Under the pieces are notes generated by a model. That model had not been told where the DNA came from. It saw only the letters and a list, made by a program, of their open reading frames with translations, and made no database searches. Both the position numbers and the translations under genes were made by a program. 59,164 nucleotides of DNA from Candidatus Daviesbacteria bacterium RIFCSPHIGHO2_02_FULL_36_13 (GTDB lineage Bacteria; Patescibacteriota; Microgenomatia; Daviesbacterales; UBA10151): NCBI GenBank assembly GCA_001777015.1, contig MFCV01000048.1, positions 5,341-64,504 on the forward strand, given 5' to 3'. Below, piece after piece: positions 47,431-55,181 of this stretch (positions within the stretch are counted from its first letter, which is position 1; every line of letters begins with the position of its first letter).

Positions 47431-48276
47431 ATGGAAGAGCAGATTTACGAGTTAGAAATAGAATTACTTCAGCCAAACCCTCTTCAGCCCCGTGGTCTTA
47501 TAACTCCTGAATCTCTGTCAGAGCTTGCAGAATCTATTAGGGCACACGGAATTTTAGAGCCTATTGTTGTTGCTAAAACTCCTGCAGGATATCAAATTAT
47601 TGCAGGGGAGCGAAGATGGAGAGCATCAAAAGTTGTTGGACTTCCAAAGGTTCCAGTCAGAATAAGAGAAACTTCTCCTCAGGGAATGCTGGAGATGGCT
47701 ATTGTAGAAAATGTTCAAAGAATTGACTTAAATCCTTTAGAGAGAGCTCAAGCTTATAAAAGATTGATGGAGGAGTTTGGATTAACCAATGCAGAAATAT
47801 CAGAAAGAGTTTCTAAATCTCCATCCTACATTTCAAACACCATCAGACTTTTAACCCTTCCAGATGCCCTCAAGGATGCTTTAATGGCTGGAGCAACAAC
47901 TGAAGGACATGCCAGAGCAATGTCTGCTTTAGAGGATCCAAGACTGATTATTGATGCATATAAGGAAGTATTGAAAAGAAATCTTTCAGTCAGAGGAACT
48001 GAGGAATTAGTTAGAAGATTTAGAGCTAAAAGTGGAATCGGTCCCAAAAGGAGTGCTGATATTTCTTCTATGCATATAATGTCTGAGGAAATAGATAAAG
48101 TTCAATCTGACCTGTCAGATGCTTTATCAAGAAAAATTGAAAAAGCTTCTGTCAAATGTTCTCAAACCGGTAAAAAAGCTAAAGTTGAGCTGATGCTTGA
48201 GGGGGATCCTACAAAAACTACAGCAATTTTAGAAGATATAAGACAGGCAATTGTAGGATATTTTAACCTCCAGTAG
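47431..48276 (+). CDS. parB: ParB/Spo0J-family partition protein
   Basis: LQPNPLQPR, ILEPIVV, IIAGERRWRA, HTH segment NAEISERVSKSPSYISNTIRLL. Confidence 0.85.
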   Translation: MEEQIYELEIELLQPNPLQPRGLITPESLSELAESIRAHGILEPIVVAKTPAGYQIIAGERRWRASKVVGLPKVPVRIRETSPQGMLEMAIVENVQRIDLNPLERAQAYKRLMEEFGLTNAEISERVSKSPSYISNTIRLLTLPDALKDALMAGATTEGHARAMSALEDPRLIIDAYKEVLKRNLSVRGTEELVRRFRAKSGIGPKRSADISSMHIMSEEIDKVQSDLSDALSRKIEKASVKCSQTGKKAKVELMLEGDPTKTTAILEDIRQAIVGYFNLQ

Positions 48277-48281
48277 TTTTA

Positions 48282-48866
48282 TCACTTATCAGTTAACATT
48301 CCTATGTTTTTAAGTGGCCAATATCTAAAGAAAGCCCTTCCTACTAATTCTTCCTGGGTTACAGGGCCCCAGTCTCTTGAGTCAGAAGAATGTCCCCTGT
48401 TATCACCTATCACAAAATATTGATTAGCACCTGCTTTAACTGTAGATCCTTCTGTTAAAAATTGTCCTGAGGGAGTTAGGGTATTTGGAGGTAAGTAAGG
48501 TTCTTCCAGTTTTATTCCATTCAAATATATAAAATTTTTCTCAACTTTAATACTATCCCCAGGTAAGGCAATAATTCTTTTTATAAAATCCTGTGATTCA
48601 TCCCTGGGATTTTTTAATACCACAATCTGACCTCTTTTGGTTTCAGAAAATCTGTAGCTTATTTTTTCTGTGATTAGATAATCTCCATTATCTAGGGTGG
48701 GATACATAGAAAGTCCTGAGACTTTGTGAAATTGGGCTACAAAAAGATAAAGGAGGGCAAAGATTGCCCCAAACACCACCAGAGTCTGAATAAAATCAAT
48801 AACATGAGTGCCTAAATTATCAAAAAAGCCTTGAGGCTGTTGACCTATACTTGCCCTTGGATCCAT
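48282..48866 (-). CDS. lepB: Signal peptidase I
   Basis: SGLSMYPTL (catalytic Ser), KRIIALPGD (Lys box), GDNRGHSSDSR. Confidence 0.9.
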   Translation of the reverse strand: MDPRASIGQQPQGFFDNLGTHVIDFIQTLVVFGAIFALLYLFVAQFHKVSGLSMYPTLDNGDYLITEKISYRFSETKRGQIVVLKNPRDESQDFIKRIIALPGDSIKVEKNFIYLNGIKLEEPYLPPNTLTPSGQFLTEGSTVKAGANQYFVIGDNRGHSSDSRDWGPVTQEELVGRAFFRYWPLKNIGMLTDK

Positions 48867-48874
48867 ATCATAAG

Positions 48875-48883
48875 ATTATCTCA
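48875..48883 (-). promoter_or_regulatory. Extended -10 TGaGATAAT (minus strand), 8 nt upstream of the lepB ATG
   Basis: The minus strand reads tgagataat-cttatgat-ATG. Confidence 0.4.
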
Positions 48884-48887
48884 AATT

Positions 48888-48896
48888 TGGTACAAT
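48888..48896 (+). promoter_or_regulatory. Extended -10 TGgTACAAT, 6 nt upstream of ATG 48903 (leaderless-type)
   Basis: tggtacaat-ttagga-ATG. Confidence 0.5.
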
Positions 48897-48902
48897 TTAG
48901 GA

Positions 48903-50138
48903 ATGAGGAATATATTAAGGCAGAGTTCTTGGTTAATGGGTGCTCAGGTTCTAACAAGGATTGTCAGCTTTTTTTATACAATTTTTCTGGCCAATAAATT
49001 AGGGGTTGAAGGGTTTGGACTAATTACTGTTGCTATTGCTTATTTTGCCATACTATCTGCTTTAACTGATTTTGGATTTAATAGATTTTTAATAAGAGAG
49101 ATTGCTAGGGGAGAATTAAAGATTGCTGATATGTTGGGAAATATTTTAATGCTCCGTGTCCTTTTGCCTTCTATTGTTATAATTCTTTTTTCTATTGTTT
49201 TGTATTCTTTAGACCCTGACAAAATGAGGGTTAGTCTTATTTTGATTGCAGTTTTGGCAGTATTTCCAGAATCTATTGCTGTAACTTTGGATGGAATATT
49301 TATTGGCTTACAAAAATTACAATATTCGGCAATTTCTTTAGTAATTGCCTCAAGCTCTGCCGCTATTTTAGGATTTTATTTAGTAAATGGGGGTTCAGGT
49401 CCGGTCGGTGCTGTAATTGCTATAATTTTTGCCCAAATTATGTGGGCATTGTGCTTATTAATTTTTTTGTTAAGAAAAAAATTGCTTTCATTTTCAAAAT
49501 TAAATTTTTCTTTGATGAAAAAAATCCTTGTTGGGTCTTTGCCGTATGGATTAATAGGGGTTCTAGGACTTTTATATTTTAGGATAGACAGTGTAATTTT
49601 GTCATACCTGCGGGGAAGTTTTGAAACAGGTATATATGGAGCAGGATATAGATTTCTGGAATCCATAATTTTTATTCCAGGTGCTTTTGGATTTGCGCTT
49701 TTTCCATCCTTGGCAAAGCTTCATGATACTAATATTTCCGATATGAAAAAACTTTACTTTAGGTCACTAAAACTGATGGGACTTTTAGGGTTAATTATTT
49801 TTTTAGGATATCTATTTATTCTGCCTGAAATAATAAGGATACTTTTGCCAAATTATTCACAGTCAGTTGATGTTATAAGAATTTTATCTTTTTCCATTCC
49901 ATTTATTTTTCTGGCAACACCTGGTGTACAAGTTTTACTTTCATCTGATAAATATTTAAAAAGTGTTATTTTTCTTTCTTTGTTTACAGTGGTACTTAAT
50001 ATTATTTTGAATTTTATATTTGTCCCTAAATTCGGATATCTAGCTGCAGCTTATATAACTGTTTTTTCTGATGTTACCTCTTTTGTAATTTTTTATATCT
50101 TCCTTCAAAGAAAGATTTTTAATAATGAAAAAAGTTAG
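48903..50138 (+). CDS. Wzx-like oligosaccharide flippase (MOP superfamily, polysaccharide biosynthesis protein)
   Basis: 12-TM-like profile. N-terminus ILRQSSWLMGAQVLTRIVSFFYTIFLANKLG, typical of this family. Start is ATG 48903; the longer track ORF overlaps lepB. Confidence 0.7.
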   Translation: MRNILRQSSWLMGAQVLTRIVSFFYTIFLANKLGVEGFGLITVAIAYFAILSALTDFGFNRFLIREIARGELKIADMLGNILMLRVLLPSIVIILFSIVLYSLDPDKMRVSLILIAVLAVFPESIAVTLDGIFIGLQKLQYSAISLVIASSSAAILGFYLVNGGSGPVGAVIAIIFAQIMWALCLLIFLLRKKLLSFSKLNFSLMKKILVGSLPYGLIGVLGLLYFRIDSVILSYLRGSFETGIYGAGYRFLESIIFIPGAFGFALFPSLAKLHDTNISDMKKLYFRSLKLMGLLGLIIFLGYLFILPEIIRILLPNYSQSVDVIRILSFSIPFIFLATPGVQVLLSSDKYLKSVIFLSLFTVVLNIILNFIFVPKFGYLAAAYITVFSDVTSFVIFYIFLQRKIFNNEKS

Positions 50139-51099
50139 TGTAATTATTCCAAATTATGAAGGAATTGAATTACTGCCTGATTGTTTAAATTCTTTAAAAA
50201 AACAAACCTTCAAAGATTATGAAGTAATAGTGGTAGATAATAATTCTGAAGATGGGTCAGTGGAGTGGATTAATCAAAACCACCCCACCATGACGACAAT
50301 TATTCTTAAAAGAAATTATGGATTTGCAAAAGCAATAAATGAGGGTGTGAAGGCCTCCAGTTCTGAATATGTTGTTTTTTTAAACAACGATACAAAAGTG
50401 GATAAAGGGTGGCTTATGGAATTAAATAAATGTGCTGATAAGCATCCGGAGGTTATTTCTGTAAATTCCAAGATATTAAATTTTCTAAACAAAAAAATAA
50501 TTGATGGAGTTGGGATACAAATAAATGAAGTAGGTCAGGCAAGATCTATCGGGTGGGAAGAAATTGATTCAGGCCAATATGAAAAAGAGGAATATATTTT
50601 TGGAGCAACAGGAGGAGCCTCTCTTTTTAGGAGAGATGAATTCTTAAAAATTGGTCTATTTGATGAAAATTATTTTATGTATAGTGAAGAGGTAGATTTT
50701 GCCTTTAGGGCCCAATTTGCAGGATTCAAATCAATATATTGCCCTCAGTCAATTGTCTATCATAAACATAAAGCATCTGCTAAAAAATTTCCCCAGCATA
50801 TAGAATATTGGCAGTTTAAAAATATGTATCAGACAATCATTAAGGATTATCCAACAAGTTTACTTTTAAAAAGATGGAGATGGCTAAAAATAATTCTGGT
50901 ATATTTTAATACTATTCTTTATCAAATAAAAAATGGATTTTATTGGCCCCCAATAATGACTACGATTTGGCTGATAATTCATCTGCCTAATCTTCTTTAC
51001 CAAAGAAATAAAATTCAAAAAAATAAAAAAGTTTCTGATGATTATATTGATTCTTTTTTAATCGAGAAAAGAATTAACCACAGAAGAATTGGCGGGTAG
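50125..51099 (+). CDS. GT2-family glycosyltransferase
   Basis: KVSVIIPNYEG, VVDNNSEDGS, FLNNDT, GGASLFRR. Confidence 0.85.
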   Translation: MKKVSVIIPNYEGIELLPDCLNSLKKQTFKDYEVIVVDNNSEDGSVEWINQNHPTMTTIILKRNYGFAKAINEGVKASSSEYVVFLNNDTKVDKGWLMELNKCADKHPEVISVNSKILNFLNKKIIDGVGIQINEVGQARSIGWEEIDSGQYEKEEYIFGATGGASLFRRDEFLKIGLFDENYFMYSEEVDFAFRAQFAGFKSIYCPQSIVYHKHKASAKKFPQHIEYWQFKNMYQTIIKDYPTSLLLKRWRWLKIILVYFNTILYQIKNGFYWPPIMTTIWLIIHLPNLLYQRNKIQKNKKVSDDYIDSFLIEKRINHRRIGG

Positions 51100-52190
51100 A
51101 ACAGGCTGTTGGCAAAAATGGAATGGATTAGCAATCCTAGTATGGCAACCGGAGGTAGGTGTAAAATGAAAAGCAGATAAACGGTCAGTCCTACAATTCC
51201 TGTTGTTGCTAAAACATAGAGCAAAGAAAAATCATTAGTTGTTGATCCCCTGCTTTCCAAAAATTGAGAATCTGATAAATTATATTCCCTGATAGCAAAC
51301 TTGTAGGTATTAAAGCCTACTCCCATAAGGGGTGAATGCTGAAAAATGGTTAATCCTTGTTGCCAGGTGGATAATCTGAATGAGGCAGATTGCTCCCTGT
51401 TTATTCCACGGGGAGTGGCAACAGCTTGTGTATATATCTGGAATCCAATTAAAAGCCCAATAAAAAGAATGAAAGTCCCTAGAAGTATTTTTTTAGATTT
51501 TTGAAAAAATGCTAAAGAAATTCCACTTACTAAAAACATAAGATAGCTGGAACGTGAGAAGGTAGTGAGCAATGCTAGATATACAATCGTCATTGCGAGG
51601 AGTGTAAACGACGAAGCAATCTTTTTAGGGATTGCCGCAGCCACTTCGTGGCCTCGCAATGACGTGAGTAGTAGTAATGTTAATACAAAATATGCACCTG
51701 CAAAATTTGGATCTAAAAATGTAGAGACTGTTCTGAAATAATGAGGGTCCCAACCAAAAGGTTGTAAAAACATCAGATCTGGAAGTATTAAAAATTGGAT
51801 GAGTCCTAAAACAGCAAGACCGACTCCAGAATATATTAAAGTCTCTTTAATTCTTTTTCTAAAATCCTCAAAGGCTCCACTAAAAATAATATGTGCAAAT
51901 AAAATATAAACAAAAAATCTTAAAGTATAAGAAAAGCTGGAAAGGTACTCTGGAAAATTTAAACTAAGTGGGGTAACAATTAAGGATAATATTCCAACAC
52001 CTGTAAATAGGTACCCTATTTTTAAAAGTTTATTTGGTTTTTGTAGTTTAAATTTTAATTTGGCTATACCAATCAAAGAGAGGGCTAAAACAAGTAAATC
52101 AAGTAGGGTTGGTCCCTGAACACCAAATACTGGAATTTTTATAAGCTGACCTGCTAAAATCGAAATAACCAAAAGGTAAGCAATTAACAT
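51042..52190 (-). CDS. O-antigen ligase/polymerase-like polytopic membrane protein carrying an in-frame palindromic repeat insertion
   Basis: Helical membrane protein with a TTFSRSSYL segment and a late loop, as in 16324-17742. Residues SLRGHEVAAAIPKKIASSFTLLAMT are encoded by the 51588-51664 repeat. Confidence 0.55.
   Translation of the reverse strand: MLIAYLLVISILAGQLIKIPVFGVQGPTLLDLLVLALSLIGIAKLKFKLQKPNKLLKIGYLFTGVGILSLIVTPLSLNFPEYLSSFSYTLRFFVYILFAHIIFSGAFEDFRKRIKETLIYSGVGLAVLGLIQFLILPDLMFLQPFGWDPHYFRTVSTFLDPNFAGAYFVLTLLLLTSLRGHEVAAAIPKKIASSFTLLAMTIVYLALLTTFSRSSYLMFLVSGISLAFFQKSKKILLGTFILFIGLLIGFQIYTQAVATPRGINREQSASFRLSTWQQGLTIFQHSPLMGVGFNTYKFAIREYNLSDSQFLESRGSTTNDFSLLYVLATTGIVGLTVYLLFILHLPPVAILGLLIHSIFANSLFYPPILLWLILFSIKKESI
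51588..51664. repeat. 77-bp imperfect palindromic (REP/MITE-like) element inside a CDS
   Basis: Arms cgtcattgcgagg (51588-51600) and cctcgcaatgacg (51652-51664) are perfect reverse complements. Inner pair gcaatc (51616-51621) / gattgc (51630-51635). Confidence 0.8.
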
Positions 52191-53225
52191 ATGAAATTTT
52201 ATCCTAGTGTAACTATTATAGTTCTAATTTGGATTTTGTCAGTATCCATGATTTTTTTTATTGGCAAAGAAGGAAATTTCTTTGAAAGCTTAAGCAATTG
52301 GGATGGGGGACACTACATTGGAATTGCCCAAAATGGATACAGTGAAAAATTCCAATATGCTTTTTTCCCTTTGTACCCAATAACAATTAATTTACTAAAT
52401 AACTTTGTAGGAAATTATTTACTTTCTGCTGTTTTAATAAGTATAATATCTACTTTTTTTGGACTGCAGCTTTTATATAAGTTAATGTCTTTGGATTTTG
52501 ACCGGAAAATTGCAGATAAAGTTATAGCAGGGATTTTAATTTTTCCAACATCATTTTATTTTCTAACAGCATATTCAGAGGGATTATTTTTTCTTTTGAC
52601 TATTGCCGCATTTTATTTTTTGCGGACTAGAAAACTGTTTTGGGCGGTAGTATTTGCTTCCCTAGCATCTGCTACTAGACTCTCAGGATTGGCTGTAGTT
52701 TTGGGATTGATTATAGAAGTTTATTTAACCGAAGGAATTAACAAAAAGAATTGGTACATATTACTTTCTCCTTTAGGATTTTTAATATATTGCTACTTTT
52801 TATATACAAATACAGGAGATCCATTTTACTTTATAACAGCAGAAAATCACTGGCTCAGGTCCTTATCAATTCCAGGATTAGGGTTTTGGGAAACTTTAAA
52901 AAGTATTTTCACACCACAGTTTATAGAAAAAAATATCACAGCAGTTACTGATTTAATTTTTTCTATATTTGGATTAGGTATGGTAATCAGAGCTTTCAGA
53001 TTTTTGCCAATCTCTTACTGCCTTTTTGCTTTCATATCAGTTGCCCTACCGCTCTTTACACCATCTCTTTCTTCAATCCCTCGATTTTTGCTGCCTGTAT
53101 TTCCAATTTTTATATTACTAGCTTTTATTAAAGACCGAAATTTAAGCTTCTTTTACCAATTACTATTTATAATGCTTCTCTCAGCGTTCTCTATTATGTA
53201 TATAAGTGGAAAGTGGGTTGCTTAA
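52191..53225 (+). CDS. PIG-V/mannosyltransferase-like polytopic membrane protein (paralog of 5728-6768)
   Basis: NWDGGHYIGIAQNGY motif; same MKF start and length class as the paralog. Confidence 0.65.
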   Translation: MKFYPSVTIIVLIWILSVSMIFFIGKEGNFFESLSNWDGGHYIGIAQNGYSEKFQYAFFPLYPITINLLNNFVGNYLLSAVLISIISTFFGLQLLYKLMSLDFDRKIADKVIAGILIFPTSFYFLTAYSEGLFFLLTIAAFYFLRTRKLFWAVVFASLASATRLSGLAVVLGLIIEVYLTEGINKKNWYILLSPLGFLIYCYFLYTNTGDPFYFITAENHWLRSLSIPGLGFWETLKSIFTPQFIEKNITAVTDLIFSIFGLGMVIRAFRFLPISYCLFAFISVALPLFTPSLSSIPRFLLPVFPIFILLAFIKDRNLSFFYQLLFIMLLSAFSIMYISGKWVA

Positions 53226-53944
53226 GGTTGGTAGACTACTCTTCTTGAAATTTCAGTAATATTAGAAGCAGGATCAACTGATTTAATGGTAAAAATATTT
53301 TCTCCATCATTTAAATTTTGGTCAGAAGAAAAATTCCCATCCTTATCAATAATAATTTGAGCATCATTCACAAAAACTTCTGCATTTACTTCTGTATTAC
53401 CTGTAATTTTTATCTTTTTTTCTCCACCCTGAATGGTTTTGCCGTCTTCTGGTTCAGAAACATTTAAGGTTGGTTTTTCATTATCATAAGTAATTCTAAA
53501 GGTTTTTGAAGGCAGGGATTCCCTGTCTTCACTATCTATTGATTTGGCATAAAGGCTATTAATTCCTAAACCTAAAGAAACATTTTTAAAGGTAAAATCT
53601 CCCTCAGATGAAGCATCAACAATTTCTATTTCCTGACCATCCAGAAATAGTTTAACTTTAGATCCTGGGGTTGAGTAGCCTTTTACATCAATTTCTGCTG
53701 TATTGGTTGCCTCATAAGGAATATTTAAAACAGGAGGAGCAAGTTGAGCATTTTCAGTTATATTTGTTGCAGTTCTACTTTTTTCTTTAAAAATTCCTGT
53801 AACCAATCCCACTCCATTTACAAAGGTTGGTAGGATCCACTGAATTGTGGCAAAAAGAAGAAGGGTGATAATTATTAAGGTAACAAAAAAGTTCCTTTTG
53901 CTCCTTTTAACATACCTTCTGCTAGATCTTGCTCTATAACTCAT
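53222..53944 (-). CDS. Membrane-anchored protein with two Ig-like (bacterial Ig/Big-type) repeats
   Basis: N-terminal TM, then two similar ~80-aa beta-type repeats (VKGYSTPGSKVKLFLDGQEI... and ITGNTEVNAEVFVNDAQII...DGENIFTIKSVDPASN). Confidence 0.5.
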   Translation of the reverse strand: MSYRARSSRRYVKRSKRNFFVTLIIITLLLFATIQWILPTFVNGVGLVTGIFKEKSRTATNITENAQLAPPVLNIPYEATNTAEIDVKGYSTPGSKVKLFLDGQEIEIVDASSEGDFTFKNVSLGLGINSLYAKSIDSEDRESLPSKTFRITYDNEKPTLNVSEPEDGKTIQGGEKKIKITGNTEVNAEVFVNDAQIIIDKDGNFSSDQNLNDGENIFTIKSVDPASNITEISRRVVYQP

Positions 53945-53950
53945 TTTTTT

Positions 53951-53959
53951 AGTATATCA
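53951..53959 (-). promoter_or_regulatory. Extended -10 TGaTATACT (minus strand), 6 nt upstream of ATG 53944 (leaderless-type)
   Basis: The minus strand reads tgatatact-aaaaaa-ATG. Confidence 0.5.
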
Positions 53960-54078
53960 CGAGAGCGGGAGACGATCCTTATTTAGCACCCATCTTAGAT
54001 CAATTACTCATTCATTTTAATAAATTCAGGCAGGTATATCAAGATCAGGAGTTTGAAGAAGGCTTTTAAAGGAAAAAC

Positions 54079-54087
54079 TGATATAAT
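54079..54087 (+). promoter_or_regulatory. Extended -10 TGaTATAAT (consensus hexamer), 7 nt upstream of ATG 54095 (leaderless-type)
   Basis: tgatataat-tccaacc-ATG. Confidence 0.55.
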
Positions 54088-54094
54088 TCCAACC

Positions 54095-54661
54095 ATGGGC
54101 AAGGCAGAAATATTGCGCGCTGCAAATGTAGAGCATGAAGCTACTATCCACCCATGGACTGAAATTGAATTGAGTAAGGCATTTGCAAGAATTTTAGGTC
54201 CCCGAAATTCTGCTGATCCCAATCGCTTTGATCCTATAACCGATCATGATGCACATATAGTAAGAAAGGGACTTCTATTAGATGGTATTGATTATTATTG
54301 TGCTCTTCTCTACCAGGGACCATATGATTATGTAAAAAATTCTTTTGGTTACTTTGTTCCATTTCCAGAGATTACTAAATTTCAGATCGGTGAAAATGGA
54401 GAAGTAACCAGTGTACCTCTAGTATTAGAGGTAGGAAGATTTTCAGGGAAAATTGATCTTTTATACCGATTAAAAATCGAGGGAATGGAAAGCCTTTTAG
54501 GAGTAGGTAGAACTGATAAAACAGATCTAGAAGATATCGAAGAAAATGGGGTGATTATAGGAAGAGAAACTCAAGAATTGGTATTACCTAGCGATCCCAA
54601 AAAACTTAGTACCATGGAATTTACTTTCTTAAGACCTGGGACGCAATTCCCGTCTCTTTAA
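54095..54661 (+). CDS. Hypothetical protein
   Basis: ORF. Start moved from TTG 54053 to ATG 54095 because a consensus extended -10 sits 7 nt upstream of it. No recognisable motif. Confidence 0.45.
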   Translation: MGKAEILRAANVEHEATIHPWTEIELSKAFARILGPRNSADPNRFDPITDHDAHIVRKGLLLDGIDYYCALLYQGPYDYVKNSFGYFVPFPEITKFQIGENGEVTSVPLVLEVGRFSGKIDLLYRLKIEGMESLLGVGRTDKTDLEDIEENGVIIGRETQELVLPSDPKKLSTMEFTFLRPGTQFPSL

Positions 54662-54767
54662 AATAAAATTAGGTACGAAAAAACATGAAAGAATTTACGA
54701 GATTAAACCCTAAGATTAGCCCGTTATATCAGGCTATTCGCCACTTTTCGGGCAGTGGCATCCCCTC

Positions 54768-54842
54768 TGGAGCGGTGGACCGGACTTGAACCGGCGACCT
54801 TCTCCTTGGGAAGGAGACATTCTACCGCTGAACTACCACCGC
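54768..54842 (-). tRNA. tRNA-Gly (anticodon CCC), CCA encoded
   Basis: Hand-folded cloverleaf of gcggtggtagttcagcggtagaatgtctccttcccaaggagaaggtcgccggttcaagtccggtccaccgctcca. Anticodon loop ttCCCaa. Confidence 0.9.
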
Positions 54843-55175
54843 TTAAACTAATTGATTAATTTTGGCAGCCATGATGTAGTCATTTTCTGAGAGTCCACCT
54901 ATGGCGTGAGTGTAAAGGGTGATGTTGACCTTTTTATAGCTGTGGATATTTATATTTGGATGATGATCTTCAGAATTAGCAAGGTCAGCCACTTTATTTA
55001 CAAATCCCATAGCTTCTTTAAAATCTTTGAATTCAAATTTTCTTTGAAGTTTTAAGGTATCTCCCTCTAAAATTTCCCAGCCTTCTACAGCTTTTAGATA
55101 TTCCTGAGCTTGAGTTAGTTTATATGGATCTATTCCACCTTCACAAGGCACACAATGTTTACTAGTAAAGTCCAT
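54843..55175 (-). CDS. Pterin-4-alpha-carbinolamine dehydratase
   Basis: HHPNINIHSYKKVNITLYTH with the GLSENDYIMAAKI signature. 110 aa. Its stop codon abuts the tRNA-Gly 5' end. Confidence 0.85.
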   Translation of the reverse strand: MDFTSKHCVPCEGGIDPYKLTQAQEYLKAVEGWEILEGDTLKLQRKFEFKDFKEAMGFVNKVADLANSEDHHPNINIHSYKKVNITLYTHAIGGLSENDYIMAAKINQLV

Positions 55176-55181
55176 AGGTGT

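Noticed and set aside
54740-54759. Hairpin gccact-tttcgggc-agtggc between ORF 54095-54661 and tRNA-Gly, considered as a bidirectional terminator
   Set aside because: No U-tract follows it on either strand, so there is no support for an intrinsic terminator. It may still be a processing element, but that cannot be shown.
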